Counted from the first letter of the stretch, positions 1 to 10,552 are shown. The stretch: DNA of 64,000 bases from GCF_002087085.1 NZ_MWQY01000011.1:62001-126000; one strand, 5' to 3'. Numbers and translations are program-made. Notes: generated from the letters alone by a model not told the origin.

Positions 1-1308
1 CAGGCACGGCGTATTGTGCACGGGAAAACCGAGGAGATTGATAACGACGGCAAGGGGGTATTCAGAAACCTCCCTTCCCGCCCGCTTTTTACCCGCTATC
101 ATTCCCTTGCGGTGGAGGAGGACTCCCTCCCCGAACAGCTTGAAGTGAGCGCCCGCTCCGATGACGGAGAAATTATGGGACTTCGTCACCGGGAATATGA
201 AATCGAGGGTGTGCAGTTTCATCCCGAGTCAATCGCATCGGAGGACGGGAAAAAGCTCCTGGCCAACTTTATCGAGTACCGGCGGGAACCCTATCCCCTT
301 CAGCGGAACCTGCAGCGGATAATTTCCGGAGAGGATCTGAGCAGGGAGGAGGCTGCGGGATTCATGCGGGAGGTCACCGAAGGAAGCGTCCTCCCCGCGA
401 AACTGGCGGCCTGTCTTACCGCCTTCAACGCCAAGGGGATCACCCCGGAAGAGGTAGCGGGCTGTGCCCAGGTGCTGCAGGAAAAACGGGTCACCGTCCG
501 GGCGGAGAAACCGGTTCTCGATACCTGCGGTACCGGCGGCGACGGCCAGGGGACCTTCAATATCTCCTCCATGGCGGCCCTGATTGCCTCCGCCTGCGGT
601 GCGGAGGTGGCCAAGCACGGAAACCGGGCCATAAGCTCCCTCTGCGGCAGCGCGGATTTTTACCGTGCCCTGGGAATCAACATCGATCTTGGACCGGAGG
701 ATGCTGAGAGGATGATCCGGGAGGAGGGCTTTGCCTTCCTTTTTGCTCCCCGTTATCACGGTGCCATGCGCCATGCCGCACAGGTCCGCAGGGAGCTGGG
801 GTTCAAGACGATCATGAATATGCTCGGTCCCCTGGCGAATCCCGCGGGGGCGGAGTATCAGCTTATCGGTGTGTTCGACGGGGAAAAGAGCGAGCTGATG
901 GCCAGGGCGGCGATGCTGCTGGGCATCAAGCGGGGAATGGTTGTCCACGGATCAGACGGACTGGATGAACTGACGGTTACCGGTCCTTCAAAAATAGTCC
1001 GTTTCGCCCAGGGAGAAGAGCTGGTGGAGGAGGAGTTCTTTCCCCAGGATCTGGGTATAAAGCCCTGCACTCTTAAAGATCTGCAGGGAGGAGAAGCGGA
1101 GGATAACGCCGCCATGGCCAGGGACCTTATAGACGGAGGCGGGAAGCCCGCACTGCGGGACGCCGCCTGCCTCAACGCCGGAGCGGCCCTGCTTGTCTAC
1201 GGACTGGCGGAGAGTATAGGGGAAGGCTATACCATGGCTCTGAAATCCCTGAGCTCGGGACAGGTCCGGGAAAAACTGCAGGCTGTTATCGAGGCTTCAC
1301 AACGATGA
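1..1308 (+). CDS. trpGD: Bifunctional anthranilate synthase glutamine amidotransferase / anthranilate phosphoribosyltransferase (5' end lies outside the window)
   Basis: GATase motifs HGK, RYHSL and GVQFHPES, followed by the TrpD motifs DTCGTGGDG, FNISS, KHGNR and GSAD; the frame is open to the window edge. Confidence 0.92.
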   Translation, partial: QARRIVHGKTEEIDNDGKGVFRNLPSRPLFTRYHSLAVEEDSLPEQLEVSARSDDGEIMGLRHREYEIEGVQFHPESIASEDGKKLLANFIEYRREPYPLQRNLQRIISGEDLSREEAAGFMREVTEGSVLPAKLAACLTAFNAKGITPEEVAGCAQVLQEKRVTVRAEKPVLDTCGTGGDGQGTFNISSMAALIASACGAEVAKHGNRAISSLCGSADFYRALGINIDLGPEDAERMIREEGFAFLFAPRYHGAMRHAAQVRRELGFKTIMNMLGPLANPAGAEYQLIGVFDGEKSELMARAAMLLGIKRGMVVHGSDGLDELTVTGPSKIVRFAQGEELVEEEFFPQDLGIKPCTLKDLQGGEAEDNAAMARDLIDGGGKPALRDAACLNAGAALLVYGLAESIGEGYTMALKSLSSGQVREKLQAVIEASQR

Positions 1309-2753
1309 GCAGGGGAATTCTCGAAGGCATTGTGGAAAAACGGCGCCGGCGTATCCTCAGGGAAGGTCATTCCCTGGGAGTACAGATCCCGGCAGAACGC
1401 CGTGTACCCCTGGTCAGCTTTGGCCGGGAACCCTGTATTATCTGCGAGATTAAACGTGCGTCCCCCTCCAGGGGGGGAATTAATCCTTCCCTGGACCCGG
1501 TTCATCAGGCCGGGCTCTATTCCGATGCCGGAGTCCTTTCGGTTTCGGTTCTTACGGAGGAGGACCATTTCTCCGGGTCCCTTCTTGATCTCATGGCTGT
1601 CAAGGAGACTTTCCCCCAGCTGTCGGTTCTCAGAAAGGAGTTTATCCTCGACGAAGAAGATCTGGAAATCTCCTTTCGTGCCGGGGCAGATGCAGTCCTG
1701 CTCATAGCATCCCTGCTGGAGGCCGATACCCTGGCGCAGCTGTATACAAAGACATACGCTCTCGGCATGGATGCCTTGGTGGAGGTCCATTCGGTCGAGG
1801 ATGTTGCTAAAGTGCGCCGTCTCCGGCCCCGCTTTACGGGTATCAACAGCAGAGACCTGCGCAGTTTCCGCACGGACCTGCTCCTGCCTCTCCAGCTTGC
1901 CGAGTCGATTGACTGGGATACGAAGCTGATTTTCGAGTCCGGTATCGGCCGGGGAGAGGATGTCCGGATCGCCAGGAACGCCGGGTTCTCCGGTGTACTG
2001 ATCGGGGAGACCGCTGTACGCCACCCCGAGCGCCTTGGTGAGCTTGCAGCGGCGGCGGGGGCAGGTCCCGAAAATTCGGTCTTCTGGAAGCACCTGGCCC
2101 GGCGCAGGGCTGATCATCCTCAACGGCCGCTGGTAAAGGTCTGCGGCATCACCGGCCGGGAGGACGCTCTTTTGGCAGATTCTCTGGGGGCGGACCTCCT
2201 GGGATTTGTTTTTGCCGATTCTCCCCGACGGGCTGATGCAGACTCTGTACGCAACCTGGGTGCAACCTGGGCCCTGAAAGTGGGGGTCGTGGTCAGTGAA
2301 TCCGGACCGGACGGCCGGAGACGCCTCCCCGGGGAGGTAAAGGAGCTGCTGGATGGGGGGTACCTGGATGCTGTGCAGTTTCACGGTGATGAAGAGCCGG
2401 AGGAATGCGCAGGTCTTGCCTTTCCCTATTATAAGGCCGTCAGGGTGGGGTCACAGAAGGATCTTGAGGCGGCGAGGAACTTTTGGTCTCCCCGGGTCCT
2501 CATGGATGCCCGGGCAGAGGGGATACGGGGAGGATCGGGTGTCAGGATAAGCTCCCACCTTGTACGCAGGGCGGCGGAGACCGGGCCCCTGTGGATCGCC
2601 GGCGGAATCAACTGTGAGAATGTCGTTGAGATCGTAAGGGACTTTAATCCTGAGCTCATCGACCTGTCCAGCGGAGTTGAAGCCGAGGCGGGGAAAAAGG
2701 ATCCGGAGAAACTGAAACGGCTCTTTGAGCTTCTTGACGGCAGAATGGAGTGA
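1305..2753 (+). CDS. trpCF: Bifunctional indole-3-glycerol-phosphate synthase / phosphoribosylanthranilate isomerase
   Basis: TrpC motifs EIKRASPS, SVLTE and GINSRDL, then TrpF motifs VKVCGIT, QFHGDE and DLSSGVE; ATGA overlap with trpGD. Confidence 0.92.
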   Translation: MSRGILEGIVEKRRRRILREGHSLGVQIPAERRVPLVSFGREPCIICEIKRASPSRGGINPSLDPVHQAGLYSDAGVLSVSVLTEEDHFSGSLLDLMAVKETFPQLSVLRKEFILDEEDLEISFRAGADAVLLIASLLEADTLAQLYTKTYALGMDALVEVHSVEDVAKVRRLRPRFTGINSRDLRSFRTDLLLPLQLAESIDWDTKLIFESGIGRGEDVRIARNAGFSGVLIGETAVRHPERLGELAAAAGAGPENSVFWKHLARRRADHPQRPLVKVCGITGREDALLADSLGADLLGFVFADSPRRADADSVRNLGATWALKVGVVVSESGPDGRRRLPGEVKELLDGGYLDAVQFHGDEEPEECAGLAFPYYKAVRVGSQKDLEAARNFWSPRVLMDARAEGIRGGSGVRISSHLVRRAAETGPLWIAGGINCENVVEIVRDFNPELIDLSSGVEAEAGKKDPEKLKRLFELLDGRME

Positions 2754-2760
2754 TTTACAG

Positions 2761-3993
2761 ATGAGTACAAAGGGACTATACGGAAATTTCGGCGGCCGTT
2801 ATGTGGCGGAGATCCTGCGAAAGCCTGTTCTTGAACTGGAAGAGGCCTTCGAAGGCTGGAAGGATGACTCAGACTTTAAAGCCGAGTTCGATCGTTATGC
2901 CAACGAGTTTATCGGCCGGCCGACACCGCTGATGTATGCCGACAATTTAAGCCGACAGATCGGCGGGGCCCAGATATACGTAAAGATGGAAGGCCTTGCA
3001 CATACGGGGGCTCACAAAATCAATAATGCCCTGGGACAGGCCCTGCTTGCCCGGCGCATGGGAAAAACGCGGATAATCGCGGAGACCGGGGCAGGACAGC
3101 ACGGGGTGGCAACCGCTGCTGTCTGTGCCAAGCTTGGCTTTGACTGCACGGTTTACATGGGAACCGTGGATATCCGTCGGCAGAGGCCCAACGTTTTCTG
3201 GATGGAGCTCTTCGGAGCCAGGGTGGTTCCCGTCGCCTCGGGAGCCCGGACCCTGAAGGACGCCGTAAATGAAGCCCTGCGGGACTGGTCGGCCAACTTT
3301 ACCGACACCCATTATCTGATCGGCAGTGCCCTGGGGCCTCATCCCTATCCTGCAATGGTAAAGGAGTATCAGTCGGTTATCGGCAGGGAGACGGCACTCC
3401 AAATGTCCGAACGGGATCTGAATGTGGAAGCCCTGATAGCCTGTGTGGGGGGCGGGTCCAACTCCATCGGTTTTTTCGCCCCTTTTATCGAGTCCTCCGA
3501 ACCCCGACTTATCGGGGTGGAGGCGGCCGGGTTGGGTCTTGAAACCGGGGCCCATGCTGCCCGGATGACCGGTTCCGGGGGCAGAGAAGGGATTATTCAG
3601 GGCTACAAGAGTCTTTTTCTTACCGACAACAACGGCCAGGTCCTTTCGACCCATTCCATCTCCGCAGGCCTTGATTATCCGGGAATCGGACCGGAACTTG
3701 CCCACCTTGGAAAGGCCGGACGAATCGAATTCGCCAGTGCGACGGATACCGAAGCCCTGGAAGCGGTGAAAGCCTTTGCCCGGTACGAGGGGGTAATCTT
3801 TGCCCTGGAGTCGGCTCATGCGGGTGCCGAAGCCATAAAGCTCGCGACGAAGCTGCCGAAGGATAAAGCGCTTATCGTGAATATGTCCGGCCGGGGAGAC
3901 AAGGACCTCTTTATCTCCGCCGGTGCCCTTGCAGGGCCCTCCTGGAAGGAGTTCCTTGCCCGGGAGGCTGAAGGAGAAGCAGGAGATGAGTAA
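2761..3993 (+). CDS. trpB: Tryptophan synthase beta subunit
   Basis: HTGAHKINN (PLP lysine), ETGAGQHG, SISAGLDYPG, SGRGDKD; start moved to the ATG at 2761. Confidence 0.97.
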   Translation: MSTKGLYGNFGGRYVAEILRKPVLELEEAFEGWKDDSDFKAEFDRYANEFIGRPTPLMYADNLSRQIGGAQIYVKMEGLAHTGAHKINNALGQALLARRMGKTRIIAETGAGQHGVATAAVCAKLGFDCTVYMGTVDIRRQRPNVFWMELFGARVVPVASGARTLKDAVNEALRDWSANFTDTHYLIGSALGPHPYPAMVKEYQSVIGRETALQMSERDLNVEALIACVGGGSNSIGFFAPFIESSEPRLIGVEAAGLGLETGAHAARMTGSGGREGIIQGYKSLFLTDNNGQVLSTHSISAGLDYPGIGPELAHLGKAGRIEFASATDTEALEAVKAFARYEGVIFALESAHAGAEAIKLATKLPKDKALIVNMSGRGDKDLFISAGALAGPSWKEFLAREAEGEAGDE

Positions 3994-4747
3994 TTCAGAA
4001 AAGCACCGGATCATGACCCATATGGTTGCCTTTTATCCGGACAGGGAACAGAGCCTTCAGGTTGCCGGAGCACTGATCGACGGAGGGGCCTCATATATCG
4101 AGCTGCAGTTTCCCTTCTCCGATCCCACCGCCGACGGTCCGGTAATTCAGGCCGCCTGCGGCAGGGCCCTGGAGGCGGGTTTCTCTCTCCATGAAGGCTT
4201 CGAGCTCGCAGAGAGTATCGCCTCCATGGGGGATGTACCGGTTTTCATCATGACCTACGCGAATCCTGTTATCGCCATGGGTATGGAGGCCTTTATCCGC
4301 AGGGCCCTGAAAGCCGGAGTCGAGGGGCTTATTGTTCCCGATCTTGTTCCTGGAGCCGATGAAGGTCTCTACGCGGCGGGCATGACCGCCGGAATGCCCA
4401 TTGTGCCGGTTGTGGTTCCCACCATATCCGGGGATCGCCTCGATGAGATAGCTTCTCTGAAAGAGAAATACCTCTATGTGGCATTGAGAAGCGGCATTAC
4501 CGGGAGGGAGACCCGGATTTCTCCGGAGATCATAAGCTTCCTGGATGCCTGTTCCGGAACGGGAATGTTGAGTTTCGGCGGTTTCGGGATCCGCAATGCC
4601 GAACAGATTGCCGCCCTGCAGCCCCACGTACATGCACCGGTGGTAGGCTCCGCCCTGGTGGAGGTAATTACTCAACACAGCGGGGAGAATGCCGATAGTA
4701 TCTATACGGCGGTCCGCGATTTTACCCGCCGCTTGTGTGGAGAATGA
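3986..4747 (+). CDS. trpA: Tryptophan synthase alpha subunit
   Basis: ELQFPFSDPTADGPVIQ and GITG motifs; follows trpB; ATG at 3986. Confidence 0.95.
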   Translation: MSNSEKHRIMTHMVAFYPDREQSLQVAGALIDGGASYIELQFPFSDPTADGPVIQAACGRALEAGFSLHEGFELAESIASMGDVPVFIMTYANPVIAMGMEAFIRRALKAGVEGLIVPDLVPGADEGLYAAGMTAGMPIVPVVVPTISGDRLDEIASLKEKYLYVALRSGITGRETRISPEIISFLDACSGTGMLSFGGFGIRNAEQIAALQPHVHAPVVGSALVEVITQHSGENADSIYTAVRDFTRRLCGE

Positions 4748-5523
4748 AAAGAAACAAGTTAAGCTTTGAAGAGATAGAACGGGCCAGGCAACGCATACTC
4801 CAGGAGTATGACCATTATATTGTCCGCTTCATGAAATCCAGGAAACTTCGGAACGACTTCGAGGACCGGTATCTCAGTGCCATGAAATCCAGAATGGACA
4901 TGTCCCTCTTTCTGCATGCCGAGTTGACCACTGTCCGTGAACTCCAGCGCAGGGAAGAGGAGCGTATCGGGAAGGAGCACAATAGAGCTGCAGATATTGC
5001 CGGTAAGAAGAAGCAGAAAAAGACCGGCAGCTTTGCGGACAGGATAATCGCGGAAAACCGCGAAAAGATCAAAAAGTATCCCGATAAAAAGGTTCATCCC
5101 GAGGCATCTTTTGAGATTCGTAAACTCTTTGGTGCCATGAGTGAGTTTGAACACAAATCCTGGCCGGATATCGAGCGCTGTATGAGAAAAATTGCGCCCT
5201 CCGTATTTTCCGGCCCCCGGGTCATTCTGGAACGCAGGATTTTTGATCTCTGGAGTGATACAAAGGAAGGGGTTTCTCCCCGTCTCGCCGCTTACGTGTC
5301 ACTGTTCAGCCGTTTTCCCCGCAATGTGAGGGATATTGAACGGGAAGAGCAGCGCTTTATCGTGGATTCGGGATTCCTTCTGAACGATCTGTACCGGGAG
5401 ATCGGACTCATCAGAACAAATGATATTCTGAGGGTGGATGAGCGGAATTTTCTGGAAAAAATGTACGAATATGTGCATACTGTTATCGATGATTTTCGCT
5501 TAAACGATTTTAAATCCCAATAG
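4744..5523 (+). CDS. Hypothetical protein (helical, charged)
   Basis: 259-aa ORF with ATGA overlap to the trpA stop; no motif recognised. Confidence 0.7.
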   Translation: MKRNKLSFEEIERARQRILQEYDHYIVRFMKSRKLRNDFEDRYLSAMKSRMDMSLFLHAELTTVRELQRREEERIGKEHNRAADIAGKKKQKKTGSFADRIIAENREKIKKYPDKKVHPEASFEIRKLFGAMSEFEHKSWPDIERCMRKIAPSVFSGPRVILERRIFDLWSDTKEGVSPRLAAYVSLFSRFPRNVRDIEREEQRFIVDSGFLLNDLYREIGLIRTNDILRVDERNFLEKMYEYVHTVIDDFRLNDFKSQ

Positions 5524-5543
5524 GCATTTTTTCCGGAGGAAAT

Positions 5544-5867
5544 ATGGGCAACGAAGTTACTATCACTGCAGATAACTTTGAATCCGAGGTTCTCAAGTCA
5601 AATGTTCCCGTTATTGTAGATTTCTGGGCAGAGTGGTGTGTTCCCTGCCGTATGGTCGAACCGGTATTGAAAGAGATTGCCGCCGAGTATGACGGCAGGC
5701 TCAAGGTGGCCAAGGTAAATGTGGACGATCAGGGACAGCTCGCTGCGGAGTATAATATAATCAGTATTCCCACCCTGATGGTTGTAAAGAACGGTGAGGT
5801 TGTAAACCAGCAGGTAGGTGCAGGTTCAAAACAGGCCATACTTGACCTGGTCTCTTCCTATCTCTAG
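5544..5867 (+). CDS. trxA: Thioredoxin
   Basis: DFWAEWCVPC active site, SIPT motif, GGAGG RBS. Confidence 0.95.
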   Translation: MGNEVTITADNFESEVLKSNVPVIVDFWAEWCVPCRMVEPVLKEIAAEYDGRLKVAKVNVDDQGQLAAEYNIISIPTLMVVKNGEVVNQQVGAGSKQAILDLVSSYL

Positions 5868-6901
5868 GGCTCGTACAGTTCATCACTGTTAATTGCACCG
5901 AAACTGTAAGCCCCGGTGGGAACCGTATGCCAGTCCTGTCTGCTGTTGCTGTCCTGCGAAACGGAACTGCGGCAGAGGGATCGCGTAGCGGTGGACTCCT
6001 CCGGATTTACAGCATCTTCCGGGCAGAGTGGAAGACTCTCGCCCGTCCAGGCTCCCAGATCGGACAGGTAATCTGCCCTCAGCATCACCGTTGTCGACCC
6101 GAATCCCCGGTAATCCTCATCGGAAGCGGAGGTACGGTTTGAATAGAGAACCGCGTCCATAATCTCGCCGAAGGGATCCCGGTACAGGCTTATAACCCCG
6201 TTATTTCCGGAGAGCCCGCTTCCCTGGTCGACCCAGAAATCCCTTGCATCGGGAGAGGCGTCCAGGCCTCCGGACAGGCCGGTATCCTCCGTCTCATTCT
6301 GTTCCTCCGGTAATCCCTGGGGTTTAAAGTGGATCAGCAGGAACTCTCCGGAACGGACTTCGCAGGCGGGAAAGACTATTCGCTGCTCCCAGTCTTCCGA
6401 TGTTCCTTCGTAGAGGCAGGCGCCGGCCAGATTGCCCTCTTCCAGCACCATGAGTTCAACCATGTCCGGGTGGGTGCTGCTTCCCCGGGTTGTGAACTCG
6501 TTGATCAGCATACCCGGCACCCGGGGATTATGTCCGTAACATCGTACAAGAAGCTGCTGGGAGTTCCCGGCCCGATCTTTTACACGCAGATCAAGGGCAT
6601 ACTCCTTTCCGGGTAACTGGAACTCCCCGGTATGAATGGTAAGAAAGGCTGAAACGATCTCCACTGATGCTTCGCCCAGGGGAGGGACTATGCCTTCCAG
6701 GGATGCCTCGTAAACTTCCTCCGAGAACTCCAGGGCGAAGGAGTTCTCATCCAGGGCCCCGGCGGCGCACAGCACCGGAGGAGCAAGATCGGCACCGGTA
6801 AGTCCGAAGACTTCCCCCGTTTCGTCAATATCGATAAAGGGTGTACAGCAGGTCCAGGAAAGAGAGACCAGGACCGTCAGTAAAAGCAGGTGCTTGTCCA
6901 T
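5864..6901 (-). CDS. Putative lipoprotein with Ig-like and lamin-tail-like domains
   Basis: Signal peptide ending in Cys; 'LINEF...DMVEL' lamin-tail-like motif; AAGGAGG upstream of the ATG at 6901. Confidence 0.65.
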   Translation of the reverse strand: MDKHLLLLTVLVSLSWTCCTPFIDIDETGEVFGLTGADLAPPVLCAAGALDENSFALEFSEEVYEASLEGIVPPLGEASVEIVSAFLTIHTGEFQLPGKEYALDLRVKDRAGNSQQLLVRCYGHNPRVPGMLINEFTTRGSSTHPDMVELMVLEEGNLAGACLYEGTSEDWEQRIVFPACEVRSGEFLLIHFKPQGLPEEQNETEDTGLSGGLDASPDARDFWVDQGSGLSGNNGVISLYRDPFGEIMDAVLYSNRTSASDEDYRGFGSTTVMLRADYLSDLGAWTGESLPLCPEDAVNPEESTATRSLCRSSVSQDSNSRQDWHTVPTGAYSFGAINSDELYEP

Positions 6902-6992
6902 TGAAACCTCCTTCACTTTTATGTACTGTAATACCGCGTACATGCTGGAATTGCTTCACCATATGCCGAAAATTTAGAGACGGGAGAACGCA

Positions 6993-7619
6993 ATGGAAGA
7001 TAATAAACTCTTTGAGAAATACGGTCTGACCGTTGATTCCGGAAAGATTCTTTTTCAGGAAGGAGACGGGGGAGACAAAATGTACATCATTCAGGAAGGA
7101 AATATCCGGATCAGCAAGCAGATCGGCGGTAAGGAGCATATCCTGGCGGTCCTCGGGAAGGGTGATTTCTTCGGGGAGATGGCGATTGTGAACCAGGTCA
7201 AGCGCAGCGCCACGGCGACTGCCATCGGGACTGTAAAACTTCTGGCATTCAACCGTGAAGGCTTCCTGGGAATGATCGAAAAGAATGCCAGGATTGCCCT
7301 GAATGTCATCGACAAGCTCTGCCGCAGGCTGCAGCATACCAATAACCAGATTCAGCACCTGGTCAAACGCAACACCAAGGGACTTATTGCCCTGAATCTC
7401 TACTATGCTTTCGCTGAAAACGGTTTTGAACAGGCCCGGCTGGAGTATCATAAGCTTTCCCGGGAAATCTCCCTTAATCTCGAGATTCCCCAGGACGCGG
7501 TCCTGGATTTTATTGAGAATCTCGCTTCCACCAGGGTGGTAAAGACCGAAGACAACCTCATGTTTCTGCTGGACCGGGATAAGCTTCATTCCCTGGCGGA
7601 GAGCGCCTCCGGTAACTGA
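6993..7619 (+). CDS. Crp/Fnr-family cyclic-nucleotide-binding regulator
   Basis: FQEGD...YIIQEG...GDFFGEMA...RSATA cNMP-binding domain with a C-terminal winged-helix-sized region. Confidence 0.85.
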   Translation: MEDNKLFEKYGLTVDSGKILFQEGDGGDKMYIIQEGNIRISKQIGGKEHILAVLGKGDFFGEMAIVNQVKRSATATAIGTVKLLAFNREGFLGMIEKNARIALNVIDKLCRRLQHTNNQIQHLVKRNTKGLIALNLYYAFAENGFEQARLEYHKLSREISLNLEIPQDAVLDFIENLASTRVVKTEDNLMFLLDRDKLHSLAESASGN

Positions 7620-7688
7620 TCAACGTGGTGCATATTCAGCGTACGTGATATAGTCTAGAGATACCATTGTCATAGAAGGAAGAAACAA

Positions 7689-9512
7689 ATGTGTGGAATA
7701 GTGGGTTATACAGGACGCCGGGTCTCCTCGGAAGTCCTTCTCCAGGGGCTGCGCCGCCTGGAATATAGAGGTTACGATTCCGCCGGAATCGCAATCGGCA
7801 ACGGCGACAGCCTTTCGGTGGTAAAGCGTCCGGGCAAGATCAAGGATCTCACCGAAGCGGTTCCCGATACTCTGAAGGGAAATTACGGGATCGGGCATAC
7901 CCGCTGGGCCACCCACGGGGTTGTCAATGAGATCAACGCCCATCCCCACACCGATGTCTCGGGAAAAATCGCCATATGTCATAACGGTATCATCGAGAAC
8001 TACATGGCTCTCAAGGAGATGCTCATCTCTGAAGGCTACAGCTTCGTCTCCGAAACCGACTCCGAGGTTATTGCTCATTTAATCGCCTACAACTACCAGG
8101 GCGATATAGCGGCGGCTGTACAGACCTCTCTGCCGCTTCTGAAGGGTACCTACGGAATCGTCTGCATTCACGCTGATGAACCCGGACGGATTATCGGCGC
8201 CAGAAACGGCTCTCCCCTGGTTATCGGTGTGGGAGAGGACGAAATGTTTCTGGCCTCGGACACCACCGCGGTACTTGCCTACACAAAACAGGCGGTCTAC
8301 CTGGAAGACGGCGAGATAGTTCTTATCGACCCTGAGGGATTCAAAATCGTCGATGCCGCCAATCGGGAAATCCAGAAGAGAATAGATACCATCTCCTGGG
8401 AGCTGGACCAGATAGAGAAGGACGGTTTTCAGTACTACATGGAGAAGGAGATCCGGGAACAGCCGGAATCGATCCTCCGTGCCTTTCAGGGGCGTTTGAA
8501 CCGCGACGCCGGAACAGCCCATCTTGGGGGACTGAACATGGGTCCCCAGGAGCTGATAAACCTGGAACGGGTAAGTATCATAGCCGCGGGTACCTCCTAC
8601 TATGCCGGTCTCGTGGGGGCCTATCTCCTCGAGGGCGTGGCGCGCCTTCCCGCCACGGCGGATCTTTCTTCCGAGATCCGCTACAGGAACCCGGTGGTGG
8701 AAAAGAACTCACTCCATTTTGCCGTTTCCCAGTCCGGGGAGACCATCGACACCCTCTTTGCCCTGCGGGAGCTGCAGCGTAAGGGGGCCAAGGTTCTGGG
8801 CATCTGTAATGTGGTCGGATCAACTATCGCCCGGGAATCCGACGGCGGCACCTACATTCACTCGGGACCGGAAATCGCCGTGGCCTCCACCAAGGCCTTT
8901 ACCAGCCAGATAACGGTGTTCTACCTTTTTACCCTGCTGATGGCCCGGATGCGCCACATGTCATGGGATCAGGGCCTCGAGTTTATCAACGCCCTGGAAT
9001 CGGTACCCGACAAAGTGGCGAAAGTCCTTGAAGGGACGGAGCACATTCGCTCTCTGGCGGAGAAATACTCCGATGCAAAAAATTTCCTTTTTCTGGGGCG
9101 TGGAATCAACTATCCCGTTGCCCTGGAGGGGGCTCTCAAACTGAAAGAGATCTCCTATATTCATGCCGAGGGCTTCAGCTCAGCGGAAATCAAGCACGGT
9201 CCCATCGCTCTGATCAACGAGGAAACCCCTTCTGTTTTTATCGTGCCCGATGATCACCTGCGGGACAAGGTAGTTTCCAACATGAAAGAGGTTAAAGCCC
9301 GGGACGGCAAGGTGATTGCCCTGGCCGTAGAAGGAGACGCCGAGGTTGCCGCAATAGCCGACGACACCATATTCGTCCCCAAGACCCATGAGCTTTTTTA
9401 CCCCTATGTGATGGTTGTTCCGCTTCAGATGTTTGCCTATTACATGGCTCTGAAGCTGGGGAGGGATGTTGATCAGCCGAGAAATCTGGCGAAAAGTGTC
9501 ACCGTGGAGTAG
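7689..9512 (+). CDS. glmS: Glutamine--fructose-6-phosphate aminotransferase
   Basis: MCGIVG start, LEYRGYDSAG, GHTRWATHG, C-terminal PRNLAKSVTVE. Confidence 0.98.
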   Translation: MCGIVGYTGRRVSSEVLLQGLRRLEYRGYDSAGIAIGNGDSLSVVKRPGKIKDLTEAVPDTLKGNYGIGHTRWATHGVVNEINAHPHTDVSGKIAICHNGIIENYMALKEMLISEGYSFVSETDSEVIAHLIAYNYQGDIAAAVQTSLPLLKGTYGIVCIHADEPGRIIGARNGSPLVIGVGEDEMFLASDTTAVLAYTKQAVYLEDGEIVLIDPEGFKIVDAANREIQKRIDTISWELDQIEKDGFQYYMEKEIREQPESILRAFQGRLNRDAGTAHLGGLNMGPQELINLERVSIIAAGTSYYAGLVGAYLLEGVARLPATADLSSEIRYRNPVVEKNSLHFAVSQSGETIDTLFALRELQRKGAKVLGICNVVGSTIARESDGGTYIHSGPEIAVASTKAFTSQITVFYLFTLLMARMRHMSWDQGLEFINALESVPDKVAKVLEGTEHIRSLAEKYSDAKNFLFLGRGINYPVALEGALKLKEISYIHAEGFSSAEIKHGPIALINEETPSVFIVPDDHLRDKVVSNMKEVKARDGKVIALAVEGDAEVAAIADDTIFVPKTHELFYPYVMVVPLQMFAYYMALKLGRDVDQPRNLAKSVTVE

Positions 9513-9525
9513 TTCAGGAGCTGCC

Positions 9526-10041
9526 GTGCCTCCGTGCGAAACTCTTCCGGCGGTTTTTTCTTCCCGCTGGAAGCGGAGGCTCCTTGGTCTTGTTGTTCTC
9601 TTTCTGATTCCCTGTGCGCTTTTTTCCCAGGAGTCGCCGGATATCATGGTGCTTTTGAAAGGGCCGTACCAGGAACAGGGGCTGCCTTTTCTGCCCCGGG
9701 ACATATCGCTTCATTTTCGTGGAGAGTATCTGTACCGGGAAACGCGGATCAGCATTTTCTATCTTCAGCGTTCCCTTGCCGCCGAGTCGGACTGGCAGGA
9801 CGGAGGCTGTGCATTTGAGACAGGGCTACTGTACAATCCGCGTCTGGGCAAAATCATGTATCTGCCCTTCCGGAACGGGGAGAGCATTGTCGCCCTTGTT
9901 CCGGAAAAGGCAGATCTGGATATGTGCGCCGTCCTGAGTTCCTTTCAGCGTCGCTTTCTGTATTTTCTGAATACGTCCCGCCAGTGGATACTGCCCCCTT
10001 TTCCGGGGGTCGTGGAGATCAGCGGTTCTCAAGCCCCATGA
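9526..10041 (+). CDS. Hypothetical exported protein (start uncertain)
   Basis: ORF fills the gap after glmS; basic-then-hydrophobic signal-peptide-like segment. Confidence 0.5.
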   Translation: MPPCETLPAVFSSRWKRRLLGLVVLFLIPCALFSQESPDIMVLLKGPYQEQGLPFLPRDISLHFRGEYLYRETRISIFYLQRSLAAESDWQDGGCAFETGLLYNPRLGKIMYLPFRNGESIVALVPEKADLDMCAVLSSFQRRFLYFLNTSRQWILPPFPGVVEISGSQAP

Positions 10042-10465
10042 TCTTGTCGACCCTGCGGGCGTGGCGGTCTCCGGCAAAATCGCCGTCGATAAAGGCGTCC
10101 AGCATCTTTTCCACCGGTTCCCAGTAGTCGATGCGGCCACCGAAGGCTATGAAGTTGGCGTTGTTATGCTCCCTGCCCATTCGTGCGGCGAAAATGTTCT
10201 GGGGCAGCGCACAGCGGATACCCTTAACCTTGTTGGCCGCTATGGATATGCCGATTCCGGTTCCGCAGCAGACGACTCCGAACTCATAGTCGCCGTCGGA
10301 CAGGAAGCGTTCGCAGGCCTCCTTTGCCATATCGGGATAATCCACCGACTCCTCGGAGTCCACACCAAGGTTATCAACCCTGTATCCCCTGCTCTCAAGA
10401 TGTTTTACCAGCTTCTGTTTGATCTCTATTGCGCCGTGATCATTGGCGATAATTACTCTCTTCAT
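10019..10465 (-). CDS. rpiB: Ribose-5-phosphate isomerase B (RpiB/LacAB family)
   Basis: DHG, VDYPD, CGTGIGISIAANKVKGIR, HNNAN, RHARRV. Confidence 0.93.
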   Translation of the reverse strand: MKRVIIANDHGAIEIKQKLVKHLESRGYRVDNLGVDSEESVDYPDMAKEACERFLSDGDYEFGVVCCGTGIGISIAANKVKGIRCALPQNIFAARMGREHNNANFIAFGGRIDYWEPVEKMLDAFIDGDFAGDRHARRVDKIMGLENR

Positions 10466-10473
10466 ACAACCCG

Positions 10474-10502
10474 ATTGTAGTGGAAAAACAGCCCGGAGCC
10501 AA
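10474..10502 (-). promoter_or_regulatory. Sigma70-type promoter, probably leaderless, for rpiB
   Basis: TTGGCT-N17-TACAAT, 8 nt before the ATG; no Shine-Dalgarno sequence. Confidence 0.6.
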
Positions 10503-10552
10503 GACTAAAGCCAGGGCTAAGAATAGCTGTATCCATGGCCGATAATGGATGT

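Noticed and set aside
7600..7688. glmS ribozyme upstream of glmS
   Set aside because: An AGCGCC is present inside the Crp gene, but the GACGAGG core is missing and the gap is only 69 bp
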